Shown piece after piece: positions 21,732 to 30,339 of a stretch of 64,000 bases of DNA. Numbering within the stretch: position 1 is the stretch's first letter; every line of letters starts with the position of its first letter. Under the pieces are notes generated by a model, which worked only from the letters and a program-made list of their open reading frames with translations, was not told the origin of the DNA and searched no databases. The position numbers were made by a program, and so were the translations under genes. This DNA is from an uncultured delta proteobacterium (GTDB lineage Bacteria; Desulfobacterota; Desulfomonilia; Desulfomonilales; Desulfomonilaceae): contig CAWBKB010000001.1 of NCBI GenBank assembly GCA_963789265.1, positions 896,001 through 960,000 on the forward strand, given 5' to 3'.

Positions 21732-21761
21732 ATGATAACACAGACATAACAAAAATGTCAA
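21732..21761 (-). promoter_or_regulatory. Sigma70-like promoter with extended -10
   Basis: TTGACA-18 nt-TATCAT, with TG one base upstream of the -10. Confidence 0.55.
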
Positions 21762-22206
21762 TGATGTCTTTTTGATAAAGTGTGCATTCCTTGCGTCTGT
21801 CTAATGAAAGCCCGCTCGTGCAGTACATAAAAAAAGAGTCCGACCCTAACCCCTATACCCTCTGCCGGACCCTAATACATGCCGGAACCAAAACATCCCG
21901 GACAACTGAATTGAAGATAAATGAACGCACACAAAATACACACCTGCATGCTTTTTGTCAAACTATAAACTACTTTAAGACACTTAGCTCAATAATCTCA
22001 AAAGGTGCGATCATCATCTTAATACTGTTTCTCGGATATTAAGAGGAATCACGTACATGCCTTCCGGCCGGTTAGGGCCCGGCATGCAGGGCCGTGCTGC
22101 CGGCCTCGGAAGCGGTTCCGCGTCTTAGAGGGGTTTTATTTGGAAATCATCCGCAGACATGATATGAATTACGCCTCGTCATTCCTCTTTGCAGGAGGGC
22201 CCTCTT

Positions 22207-23085
22207 GTGAGAACTTTCCAGTATCTCAAGCCTACCTCTCTGGCAGAAGCTCTGGATCTCTTGAAAACATGCGGAGACAAAGCCAAGGTGATCGTGGGCG
22301 GAACCGATCTCATGATTCAGTGGAAAAAGAAACTCGTATCGCCTGATTGTCTCATCTCTCTGAGGAACGTGCCGGAGCTTAATTTCATCAATTTCGACGG
22401 CAAGTTGAGAATCGGAAGCGCTACCACTCATAGATCGCTGGAGCTGTCTCCGGAGATTCGCAAGTGGTTCCCGGTGATCTCGGACGCAGTAAGCGGACTG
22501 GGTTCGGTTCAGGTGAGAAACTCCGCCACCATAGGCGGAAACCTCTGCAACGCCGCGCCTTCGGCAGATACAGCCCCCCCTATGCTGGTCCTCGAGGCTG
22601 AGGTCAAAATCGCTTCTCCAGCCGGAGAGAGATTAGTCTCTATCGAAAAATTTTCCACTGGGCCCGGCAGGACCGTCCTTCAATCCGGGGAGATTGTCAG
22701 CGAGTTCTCCATCCCCCAGCCGCTTCCCAATACCGGCATGGCTTACACAAAACACACTCGGCGAAAAGCTATGGACCTTCCCATTCTGGGGGTGGCCGCG
22801 TTGATTTCCTTCAATGACGACTTGAAAACGTGTGCAGGAGCGCGAATCGCGCTGGGCGTGGCCGCTCCCACCCCCATGAGAGCCAGGAAAGCTGAAGCCT
22901 TCCTTGAGGGGAAAAGGATCAATGAGACTGTTTTGGCGGAAGCGGGAGAGATGGCCGCGTCCGAAGCGAGCCCGCGAACTACCATTCGAGGTTCCGAATG
23001 GTACCGCCGAGATATGATCCGAGTGCTGGTCAAACGCACCGGCATGGTTTGCCTGCAGAGAGCGAAAGGAGACGGCAAACAATGA
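22207..23085 (+). CDS. Xanthine dehydrogenase family FAD-binding subunit (CoxM/CutM-like)
   Basis: GGTDL, QVRNSATIGGNLCNAAPSAD; GTG start after AGGAGG. Confidence 0.9.
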   Translation: MRTFQYLKPTSLAEALDLLKTCGDKAKVIVGGTDLMIQWKKKLVSPDCLISLRNVPELNFINFDGKLRIGSATTHRSLELSPEIRKWFPVISDAVSGLGSVQVRNSATIGGNLCNAAPSADTAPPMLVLEAEVKIASPAGERLVSIEKFSTGPGRTVLQSGEIVSEFSIPQPLPNTGMAYTKHTRRKAMDLPILGVAALISFNDDLKTCAGARIALGVAAPTPMRARKAEAFLEGKRINETVLAEAGEMAASEASPRTTIRGSEWYRRDMIRVLVKRTGMVCLQRAKGDGKQ

Positions 23086-23558
23086 AGCAGACTCTAAGGT
23101 TCGCGGTAAACGGTCACGCGGTGGAAGTTGAGACTCAGCCGCACTGGCCTCTCTTGCGAGTGCTGCGTGACGAGTTGGACCTGATGGGCGTCAAGCAGGG
23201 ATGCGGCGAAGGCGAATGCGGCGCGTGCACAGTCCTGGTCAATGGCGCCCCGGTGAATAGTTGCATATACCCGGCATTGGAAGCTGAAGGCAAAGAAGTG
23301 CTGACAATTGAAGGTTTGCTCGGCAAGAACAACGAACTCCATCCCATACAGCAGGCATTTCTGGAAAAGGCCGGCGTTCAATGCGGCTTCTGCACTCCCG
23401 GCATGATCATGTCCGCGAAAGCCCTGCTTGACAAGAACCTTAACCCCACAGAAGACGAAATAAGACACGCAATAGCAGGAAACATGTGCCGGTGCACCGG
23501 TTACGTCCAAATAGTCGAGTCCGTGATGCTCGCGGCTGAGATAATGTCAAAGCGGTAA
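23082..23558 (+). CDS. Xanthine dehydrogenase family 2x[2Fe-2S] subunit
   Basis: GCGEGECGACTV, QCGFCTPG, CRCTGY. Confidence 0.92.
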   Translation: MKQTLRFAVNGHAVEVETQPHWPLLRVLRDELDLMGVKQGCGEGECGACTVLVNGAPVNSCIYPALEAEGKEVLTIEGLLGKNNELHPIQQAFLEKAGVQCGFCTPGMIMSAKALLDKNLNPTEDEIRHAIAGNMCRCTGYVQIVESVMLAAEIMSKR

Positions 23559-23561
23559 GAT

Positions 23562-23880
23562 TGGGGGAACCTTCTTTGTAAAGAAGGTTCCCCCAAACCC
23601 CCTCCAAGAAACTTTTAACATTTTGTTGGGATGGCCACCTCGCCTGCGAAGGCGAGGTGGCCATCCCAACAAAGGTTGGAAGCTTCTGGCAGCGGTTCAG
23701 GATAGGACCTCTTCACGAGCAAGGCCACCAATCTCACCCCTTTGAGGGACCATTTAAGTGCGGTAGGACATGCAGCAAAGGTTAAGATTCGGCAGTCCGG
23801 TCGTACTAGGAGCCGAAAAATAGAAGTTTTTGGGGAGGGGTCCGGGGAGGGACTTTTTACAAAAAGTCCCTCCCCGGCAA
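23562..23880. repeat. Cluster of REP-like palindromes inside the molybdoenzyme operon
   Basis: GGGGAACCTTCTT-TGT-AAAGAAGGTTCCCC; TTGTTGGGATGGCCACCTCGCCT...AGGCGAGGTGGCCATCCCAACAA; CCGGGGAGGGACTTTTT-AC-AAAAAGTCCCTCCCCGG. Confidence 0.7.
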
Positions 23881-23932
23881 TTCTCTAAGAAATTCATAAG
23901 TTTTTGCACCGCCTTTAGGCGAGGAGTTGAAA

Positions 23933-26311
23933 ATGGGAGAGTTATTTGTAGGGAAGTCATATCCGAGGATGGACCGGGACAAGGTCACAGGTAGAGCGGC
24001 ATACATAACCGATATTCGCCTGCCTCGAATGCTCCACGGAAAGATCCTCTACAGCACGCGGCCTCACGCGCGGATCAAGAGCATAGACACTTCCAAGGCC
24101 GAACAATTGCACGGGGTCAGGGCGGTCTTGACGGGTTTCAACACGCCCGATGTGAGGGTTGGCTTCCTCGGCGATCAGACTCCTCTGAAAAAGGACAAGG
24201 TGCGACAGTTCAGGGATGAGGTCGCCGCTGTGGCCGCGATCGACGAAGACATCGCGGAGGAGGCTATCAGTCTTATCAAGGTTGAGTATGAGGACCTCCC
24301 CGCGGTTTTCGATCCCATTGAGGCTATGAAAAAGGACGCGCCGCTTGTCCACGAATTCGATGCAAGAGGCAAGCCGCGACGAAGCAACATTCTACCATTG
24401 CCTTGGAAATTGGCTGCCGGCGATGTGGACAAGGCTCGAGATGAATCGGCCTTCGTGGTCAAGGACACTTTTTCCACACAGTGGGTTCATCAGACCTGCA
24501 TGGGCACGAGCGGCGGCATTGCCGAGTTCGATGTGAACAACAATCTGATTTTCAGAAGCGTCACCAATGTTCCATTCGGCGGCAAGGACCGTCTCGACAT
24601 GTTCCTGCGAAACATAGGTATCAAAGGAAGCACTCGGATATTGACTCCTTATGTGGGCGGAAGTTTCGGCAGCAAGCTTGACACGGATGTATACGAATTC
24701 ATTCTGGTGCTGCTCGCGTGGGAGACTAAATGCCCGGTGAAGATCGTATTCAGCCGAAACGAGGAGTTTGTTGCAAGCCCGCCCAGGCAGCCGACAATCG
24801 CCACGGTGGAGCAGGGGTGTGACAAGGATGGCCGGTTGACCTTCAGGAAGGTCGATATGATTCTGGATAACGGCGCTTACACTTCATGGGGCGCCACAAC
24901 GCCGTCCGTGATGATGCTGCCTGTTTCGTCTCTGTATCGTGTGCCAAATGTGCAGTACCAGGCAACCTGTGTGTATACCAACAATATCTATGCGCAGGCT
25001 ATGAGAGGTTACGGCAATCCGCAGGCCACGTTTGTGGTCGAGCAGTCCATGGATCAATTGGCAGAAGAGGCGAAGATCGACCCGATGGAGTTTCGAGCCA
25101 TTAATGCGAACGAACCGTACGAAACATCGCCCATGGGCCTGAAGATCACGACCTGCCCTATGAAAGAGTGCCTGAATGAGGTCAAACAGCGCTTGGACTG
25201 GTCCACGAAACACGGCAAGAAGAACGGCCGCGGAGTCGGCGTTGCTTCGTTTCTTCATGTGGGTGGAGGCGCGCGAGTTTACCTGTCCGACGCGCAGGGA
25301 ATAATTCTCAAGGTTGATGATGATGCCAAACTTTCCGTTATCACGGGCGGCACCGATCAGGGTCAGGGGTCTGAGACCATTATCCGACAGATGGTTGCGG
25401 AGGCCACTGGCTTCCGGCCTGAGGACGTGTCCATCTTTCTCGGCGATACCGAGGTATGCCCTTGGGACGTCGGAACTCACGCCAGTCGCCATGCCTTTAT
25501 AACGGGGCACGCGATCCTGCTCGCGGGGCAAGATCTGAAGCGCAAGGTCCTGGAGCTTGCGGCCAAGTGGATGCAGACGCTCATAGAGCAGGATTTCCAG
25601 AAGAAGGCCCGAAGAGACCCGGATTTCAAGCCGCCGGAATTGGATTACAGCATTCTTGCCGATCCGTACAACTTGGACCTCCAGAACAGCACGATTTTCC
25701 TGAAAAGCGACCCGGACAATGCGTATTTTCGCATGCCCGCGGCACGGATACTCCGAAAAGCCCACATGGTCGGAACTGGAAAAGGGGAGATGGTAGTGTC
25801 CGAAGCCTTCTACGACCCGCCCAACGAGATGCTTGACCGGGAAGGGAAGGGGAACCTTTCGTGCTGTTACACCTTTGGCGCTCACGGCGTGGAAGTGGAA
25901 GTGGACACTGAAACCGGCCAGGTGACCATACAGAATTACGTGGCAGCGCACGACGTGGGCCGAGCTATCAATCCCATGCTGGTAAAAGGGCAGATCTACG
26001 GCGCAACAATCATGGGCGCGGGTTACGGCTTAACTGAGGAGATCCAGGTGAACCACGGCCGTGTAATGAATGCCAACCTTCTCGACTACAAGATCCTTAC
26101 AGCCAAGGACAAGATCCCCATTGACGCTGTCATCATCGAGCCCATCGAGCCCACCGGCCCGTTCGGCGCTAAGGGTATCGGAGAGCCCGCGTGCGTCCCG
26201 AGCGCTCCAGCCATCGCGAACGCGATTTATGACGCTGTGGGAATAAGGATAAAGGATTTGCCTATAACACCGGAGAAGATTTTGAAGGCGTTGAAAGAGA
26301 AGCGGAAATAA
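23933..26311 (+). CDS. Xanthine dehydrogenase family molybdopterin-binding subunit (substrate unknown)
   Basis: DKVTGRAAY, VGGSFGSK, AMRGYGNPQ, DQGQG, AKGIGE. Confidence 0.9.
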   Translation: MGELFVGKSYPRMDRDKVTGRAAYITDIRLPRMLHGKILYSTRPHARIKSIDTSKAEQLHGVRAVLTGFNTPDVRVGFLGDQTPLKKDKVRQFRDEVAAVAAIDEDIAEEAISLIKVEYEDLPAVFDPIEAMKKDAPLVHEFDARGKPRRSNILPLPWKLAAGDVDKARDESAFVVKDTFSTQWVHQTCMGTSGGIAEFDVNNNLIFRSVTNVPFGGKDRLDMFLRNIGIKGSTRILTPYVGGSFGSKLDTDVYEFILVLLAWETKCPVKIVFSRNEEFVASPPRQPTIATVEQGCDKDGRLTFRKVDMILDNGAYTSWGATTPSVMMLPVSSLYRVPNVQYQATCVYTNNIYAQAMRGYGNPQATFVVEQSMDQLAEEAKIDPMEFRAINANEPYETSPMGLKITTCPMKECLNEVKQRLDWSTKHGKKNGRGVGVASFLHVGGGARVYLSDAQGIILKVDDDAKLSVITGGTDQGQGSETIIRQMVAEATGFRPEDVSIFLGDTEVCPWDVGTHASRHAFITGHAILLAGQDLKRKVLELAAKWMQTLIEQDFQKKARRDPDFKPPELDYSILADPYNLDLQNSTIFLKSDPDNAYFRMPAARILRKAHMVGTGKGEMVVSEAFYDPPNEMLDREGKGNLSCCYTFGAHGVEVEVDTETGQVTIQNYVAAHDVGRAINPMLVKGQIYGATIMGAGYGLTEEIQVNHGRVMNANLLDYKILTAKDKIPIDAVIIEPIEPTGPFGAKGIGEPACVPSAPAIANAIYDAVGIRIKDLPITPEKILKALKEKRK

Positions 26312-26488
26312 AAGCCTTTTTTGTCACCTACTTGGACACCTTAGCCGGTTCCATTGAGACCGAGGAGGTGCGGTGAAAGAAGTGAACCACATAGAGAGTG
26401 AGAAAAAAGCCGATGATGCGGTTCCCCCGCGACCCCTGGGGCCTCCACATCCTATCGCGAGTTCTAAGGCCCTCGATCGTGAGATCAC

Positions 26489-27862
26489 ATGCTCCATGAC
26501 GCTTTTATAAGCCACGCATCCGAAGATAAGGATGCGTTCGTCCGCCCCCTGGCGAACGCATTGCGTGCCCAAAATGTTGCGGTGTGGTTTGACGAATTTG
26601 AGCTAAAGGTTGGTAGCTCCCTTCGCCGATCCATAGATTTGGGTCTATCGAGATCCCGATTTGGTATTCTGATTCTAAGCAAGGCATTCTTCGGAAGACG
26701 TTGGCCAGAATGGGAACTGGACGGCTTGGTGCAGCGTCAGATGTCGGCATCTGAACCAGTCCTTCTTCCGATCTGGCTGGATGTGACCTACGAAGATGTT
26801 CTAGGGTTTTCGCCTTCCTTGGCCGATAAGTATGCCTTGCGTGCAGAACAGGGACTTGATCGAATCGTACCTCAACTGCTGGAAGTGATAAAACCTCAGG
26901 GATCTTCTCTCGTTGTGGCTCGAGACCGTCTGGTTGAACTGGGCTATGATCCGCCTGTGGTCACGGATGACTGGTGGCACAATGCTATAGAGAAATGCGC
27001 TTCCCATCCTATGGATGAACACTGGGGGTTCCCGTTACCATCCGGAGGTCAAACCGCACAAGAAAGAGGAGAAAGAATAGCCTGGGCTGCTTTACAGTTG
27101 CATTGGCAGAAGAATTCCGCGTTTGAGAGGATGACGCAGATAACACGCCCCGGCGAGGTACACGATTTTATTGGGCGTATGCCAGGCTTAGCTGAAGCCT
27201 GCTTCGAGTACCCCGACTATTTAGCCTCCTATGTTCCTCAGCTCACACTGCCTGGATTTGGTGGTATCTTTGAAGAAGTATTCAATAGCTGGCTTCATCA
27301 TTCCCGAATGGTGCAGGAGAAGGAAAGACAGAGCGGTTCCTCGACGGGAAGAGCTCTTACCGTGGACGGTCATGTCCCTCTTTGCGATCTTCCTATAGCC
27401 CTTCACGACCCGTCTCTTGGGAATTACCAACCGGACGTACTCGCCTGTCTTTTTGTTCAAGGCGAACTTATGGGTCCACCGGTGAAGGTCTACGATTACA
27501 TTGACTATGCCTTGTGGCTCTTGTCGCATGCCAGCAAGTGGCTGCCTGCAGGCGTCAGGGGTTTCCTTCTAACGGGAATGAAAGAATGGGCAGTATGGCC
27601 CTGGTCAGGGTACGAAAATGACTCTGACTTTCCACGCAACAATTCTACGGGTAGTCTGCAGAACGATTTGATGCGAAGCAAGGGCTACAGTACTTTCAAA
27701 CTCAGTAAGAAAGGGCGTCGAGACTTAAACAATCGGGTTGAGCACTCTATCAATATACTCCAATTACCGGAGGAGGTTTCTGTGCTCAGTGAGCTATTCC
27801 TTACCAACGGTTTTGTACAGGCTTGGTTCAGACGCCGGGGAAGGCAAAAAAGGAGCACCTGA
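26489..27862 (+). CDS. TIR-domain protein with uncharacterised C-terminal region
   Basis: DAFISHASEDK...VWFDEF...SIDLGL...WPEWELDGL in the first ~135 aa. Confidence 0.85.
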   Translation: MLHDAFISHASEDKDAFVRPLANALRAQNVAVWFDEFELKVGSSLRRSIDLGLSRSRFGILILSKAFFGRRWPEWELDGLVQRQMSASEPVLLPIWLDVTYEDVLGFSPSLADKYALRAEQGLDRIVPQLLEVIKPQGSSLVVARDRLVELGYDPPVVTDDWWHNAIEKCASHPMDEHWGFPLPSGGQTAQERGERIAWAALQLHWQKNSAFERMTQITRPGEVHDFIGRMPGLAEACFEYPDYLASYVPQLTLPGFGGIFEEVFNSWLHHSRMVQEKERQSGSSTGRALTVDGHVPLCDLPIALHDPSLGNYQPDVLACLFVQGELMGPPVKVYDYIDYALWLLSHASKWLPAGVRGFLLTGMKEWAVWPWSGYENDSDFPRNNSTGSLQNDLMRSKGYSTFKLSKKGRRDLNNRVEHSINILQLPEEVSVLSELFLTNGFVQAWFRRRGRQKRST

Positions 27863-27916
27863 TATAATGGATTGGTCTCTGGCTCCAGATCATGGGGACG
27901 AAACTACAGTCTGATT

Positions 27917-28087
27917 TTAGACTGCCGGAAGGGGAAATTCCTCCAGATACAACTCCGTCGCTTCTTTCAAGTTTTCTACAGCCTCGTCCAAGGTATATCC
28001 CTGGCTCACAGTGCCTACTTCAGGGCACTCCGCGACAAACAAGTCATCTTCTTTGTGAAGAACTGCGGTAAGTGTTCGCTCAGACAT
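27917..28087 (-). CDS. hicB: HicB-like antitoxin, short; no HicA seen
   Basis: TAVLHKEDDLFVAECPEVGTVSQGYTLDEAVENLKEATELYLE; RBS AGGAG. Confidence 0.8.
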   Translation of the reverse strand: MSERTLTAVLHKEDDLFVAECPEVGTVSQGYTLDEAVENLKEATELYLEEFPLPAV

Positions 28088-28282
28088 GGCATTCACTCCT
28101 GCACTTATCATAGTCTTAGCCGGGCTCAGTTTCAATCTTTGAGGAGCGAAATTCAGTCAAGACCATGCGAATCCCGCTTTTCGGGGCACGGTTCACGTTG
28201 TGACGATATCCACTGACTTGATCTCAGAATCCAAACCGCTTATCTTCTTATCGTAGCGCAGATCAAAGAGGGGATTAGGCCC

Positions 28283-28534
28283 GTGACCTGGCAGCAACGA
28301 ATCATCATTGACCCCGCAATTCTTGTCGGGAAGCCGGTGGTAAAGGGAACACCCCTTGCCGTGAAGTCTATTGTCGAGCTTTTCGCCGAGGGCTGGTCGG
28401 AGCAAGACATTTTGGACAACTACCCGGGTTTGACCGGAGAGGACATAAAGGCCTGCTTGAGCTATGATAGGGATTGCGGCAGCCAGAGAGAGTCCATTGG
28501 CGGTAGTTACGGCTATGGAGGTTCGGCATGCTGA
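28283..28534 (+). CDS. DUF433 antitoxin-like protein
   Basis: RIIIDPAILVGKPVVKGT...ILDNYPGLTGEDIKACLSY. Confidence 0.8.
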   Translation: MTWQQRIIIDPAILVGKPVVKGTPLAVKSIVELFAEGWSEQDILDNYPGLTGEDIKACLSYDRDCGSQRESIGGSYGYGGSAC

Positions 28535-28773
28535 AGAGCTACGAAGCAGTTTACGAAGACGGCAAATTGCGATGGATTCGGGAGCAGCCGGCCTCCAAGA
28601 AAATGAGAGTTATAGTGACGGTTCTAGAGGAAGAAAATGATCTAGAAGCCGCTACAGCCCGAAAAACTTTGTTTGAACGTACCAGAGGGTGCGTCAGCCC
28701 CGGAAAATCCATTGAAGAAATTGATGCCGACATCCGGAAAATGCGGGCCGAATGGGAAAGGGAATGGGATTAA
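28528..28773 (+). CDS. Antitoxin (AF2212/DUF104-like)
   Basis: MLKSYEAVYEDGKL N-terminus; TAATG-coupled to the PIN gene. Confidence 0.7.
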   Translation: MLKSYEAVYEDGKLRWIREQPASKKMRVIVTVLEEENDLEAATARKTLFERTRGCVSPGKSIEEIDADIRKMRAEWEREWD

Positions 28774-29165
28774 TGAACCGGGGATGCGTGTTTGACTCAA
28801 ACATCCTCATTTATCACGTTAACGGCAATCTTGACGCGACAGCCGAACGAGTCGTTTTCGATTTGCTTGAACGACCGGTCTATATCTCAGTGATTTCGAA
28901 GATTGAGGTACTTGGATGGCGCGGACATTCCGATGAGTCAAGTAATATAACTGAGGGCCTGTTGAGAGCCCTGATTGAGATAGGATTGGACGAACCCAAA
29001 GTGCAATCCACCATCAATCTTAGACGCCATTACCCAGTGAAACTGCCGGACGCCATTATTGCCGCGTCGGCCATGTGTCTCGGTCTTCCGCTTGTAACTC
29101 GGAACGTCGAGGATTTTGGAAAAGTGGATGGGCTGGATTTGATTAACCCTTTTAAAGGCGGGTGA
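28773..29165 (+). CDS. vapC: VapC-family PIN-domain toxin
   Basis: FDSNILI, ISVISKIE, KLPDAIIAASA, LVTRNVEDF. Confidence 0.88.
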   Translation: MNRGCVFDSNILIYHVNGNLDATAERVVFDLLERPVYISVISKIEVLGWRGHSDESSNITEGLLRALIEIGLDEPKVQSTINLRRHYPVKLPDAIIAASAMCLGLPLVTRNVEDFGKVDGLDLINPFKGG

Positions 29166-29191
29166 ATGTGAGGCCGGACGTCACGATCAGG

Positions 29192-29401
29192 CTAATTGGG
29201 TCTGCCTGCAAACACGAGACAAGCTTCAATATCTTTCGGCTCAAGCCAGTCATACCCTTCAAGAATGTCTTCAGGAGTGTCCCCGGCATCAAGCATTTCA
29301 AGGACGTGCTCCACGGCCAACCGATGTCCTCTTATGATGGGCTTACCACCGAAGATTTCGGGATTCCTTGTGATGCGCTCCAAAAGGTGGTCTTTGTCCA
29401 T
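29192..29401 (-). CDS. DUF433 antitoxin-like protein
   Basis: RITRNPEIFGGKPIIRGHRLAVEHVL...DIEACLVFA. Confidence 0.8.
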   Translation of the reverse strand: MDKDHLLERITRNPEIFGGKPIIRGHRLAVEHVLEMLDAGDTPEDILEGYDWLEPKDIEACLVFAGRPN

Positions 29402-29433
29402 GTGGGCCTCCCGGAATTAATAGACCTGATTCC

Positions 29434-29505
29434 CTAATGCATGCAAGATAATTGTTCTGATCTCTGTTTGCGGCAGACAGTTCCCTGTCGAGGGTCTTTC
29501 TTCAT
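29434..29505 (-). pseudogene. Probable remnant of a HEPN (DUF86) partner
   Basis: ATGA overlap with the MNT stop; starts MKKDPR like DUF86 N-termini, then diverges and stops after 23 codons. Confidence 0.45.
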
Positions 29506-29795
29506 AGAGGCTTGGCCTCCTTCAGAATGCGCCTTCGCAGAAGCCAGTAAATCCCTTTCTCGCTGACTACGTCGACTTTGCGCCCGAGCAGATCTCGCAA
29601 GTCCAATAGAAGCTCTCCAACATCGAACAAACTCCTGTCGGGCTCCATGTCAACCAGGAAGTCTATGTCACTCGTTTCATCGGCTTCCCCGCGTGCGACC
29701 GACCCGAAGACCCTGACATTCCGAGCCCCGTGGTTCGCGGCTATGCGTAAGATCTCTTCACGCTTTTCTTTTAGAAGCTCATCAACGCTCAACAC
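29502..29795 (-). CDS. Minimal nucleotidyltransferase (MNT) antitoxin
   Basis: VRVFGSVARGE...SDIDFLVD...LLGRKVDVV. Confidence 0.88.
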   Translation of the reverse strand: MLSVDELLKEKREEILRIAANHGARNVRVFGSVARGEADETSDIDFLVDMEPDRSLFDVGELLLDLRDLLGRKVDVVSEKGIYWLLRRRILKEAKPL

Positions 29796-29901
29796 GATTT
29801 CCTCAATTCCTGATTCGGAATCAAACGGACCCGTCAACCATGACACATTGTAAGCAATGTTAGATTTTATCGAGTAGGTCAAGCACAAAAGTAATTAATT
29901 A

Positions 29902-30234
29902 GTATGCATACAGTTACAGCCAGAATTCGCGGGCGGCTTCGTGGGGTGGGCTTTCTAGCCCGCCATTGAACAGGGATTTCCCCGGCAAGCTGGAAGAAAC
30001 TGTCTCAAAACTATTGTGGTGTCCAACATCGTGCCACGATGTCAGCCCGGCGCTAAAGCACCGGTCTACTTTCTATCGCCCCGATGGGGCTTAAATGCAA
30101 GCGTTCCGGAGGGACCGCAGATAGTAGCCCGGTAATTCATTGCCGGGAAAAGGGAGCATCGTGCTACGAATTTCGTTCATGCTATGGTTTTGAGACACTT
30201 TCGGAAAGCCTGCCCCACAAGACTGAATGGTAAC
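29902..30234. mobile_element. MITE (12-bp imperfect TIR, 8-bp TSD) interrupted by a nested MITE
   Basis: Ends GTATGCATACAG / CTGAATGGTAAC; TSD ATTAATTA at 29894-29901 and 30235-30242; uninterrupted copy at 57883-58004. Confidence 0.85.
29996..30202. mobile_element. Nested MITE (15-bp TIR, 4-bp TSD)
   Basis: GAAACTGTCTCAAAA / TTTTGAGACACTTTC (14/15 match); TSD GGAA at 29992-29995 and 30203-30206. Confidence 0.85.
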
Positions 30235-30339
30235 ATTAATTAGCTCGCGTGGGACGGAGCGAACAAAGCAAACACCCTCTGTCAGGATGGGAAATGCCAA
30301 TACCGGTTTCGAAGGTGATTCCCTTTGATTACCGCACAA

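Noticed and set aside
22055..22150. Moco riboswitch upstream of the molybdoenzyme operon
   Set aside because: GC-rich stems are present, but I could not match the conserved Moco motif elements; an Infernal search is needed
24884..25951. Long antisense ORFs (355 aa here; also 9496-10197, 39113-39790, 17144-17851)
   Set aside because: Shadows of well-supported genes on the opposite strand, with no motifs
22207..26311. 4-hydroxybenzoyl-CoA reductase or aerobic CO dehydrogenase
   Set aside because: The FAD subunit lacks the Cys-rich [4Fe-4S] insertion of HcrB, and the large subunit has AMRGYG, not the CoxL AYxCSFR loop
26373..26510. 45-codon ORF with a strong RBS overlapping the TIR gene start
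   Set aside because: No recognisable similarity and out of frame with the TIR gene; a real uORF, a remnant and an indel-split N-terminus cannot be told apart
27862..29900. Integron cassette array for the TA cluster
   Set aside because: Mixed gene orientations, no recognisable attC sites and no integrase in the window
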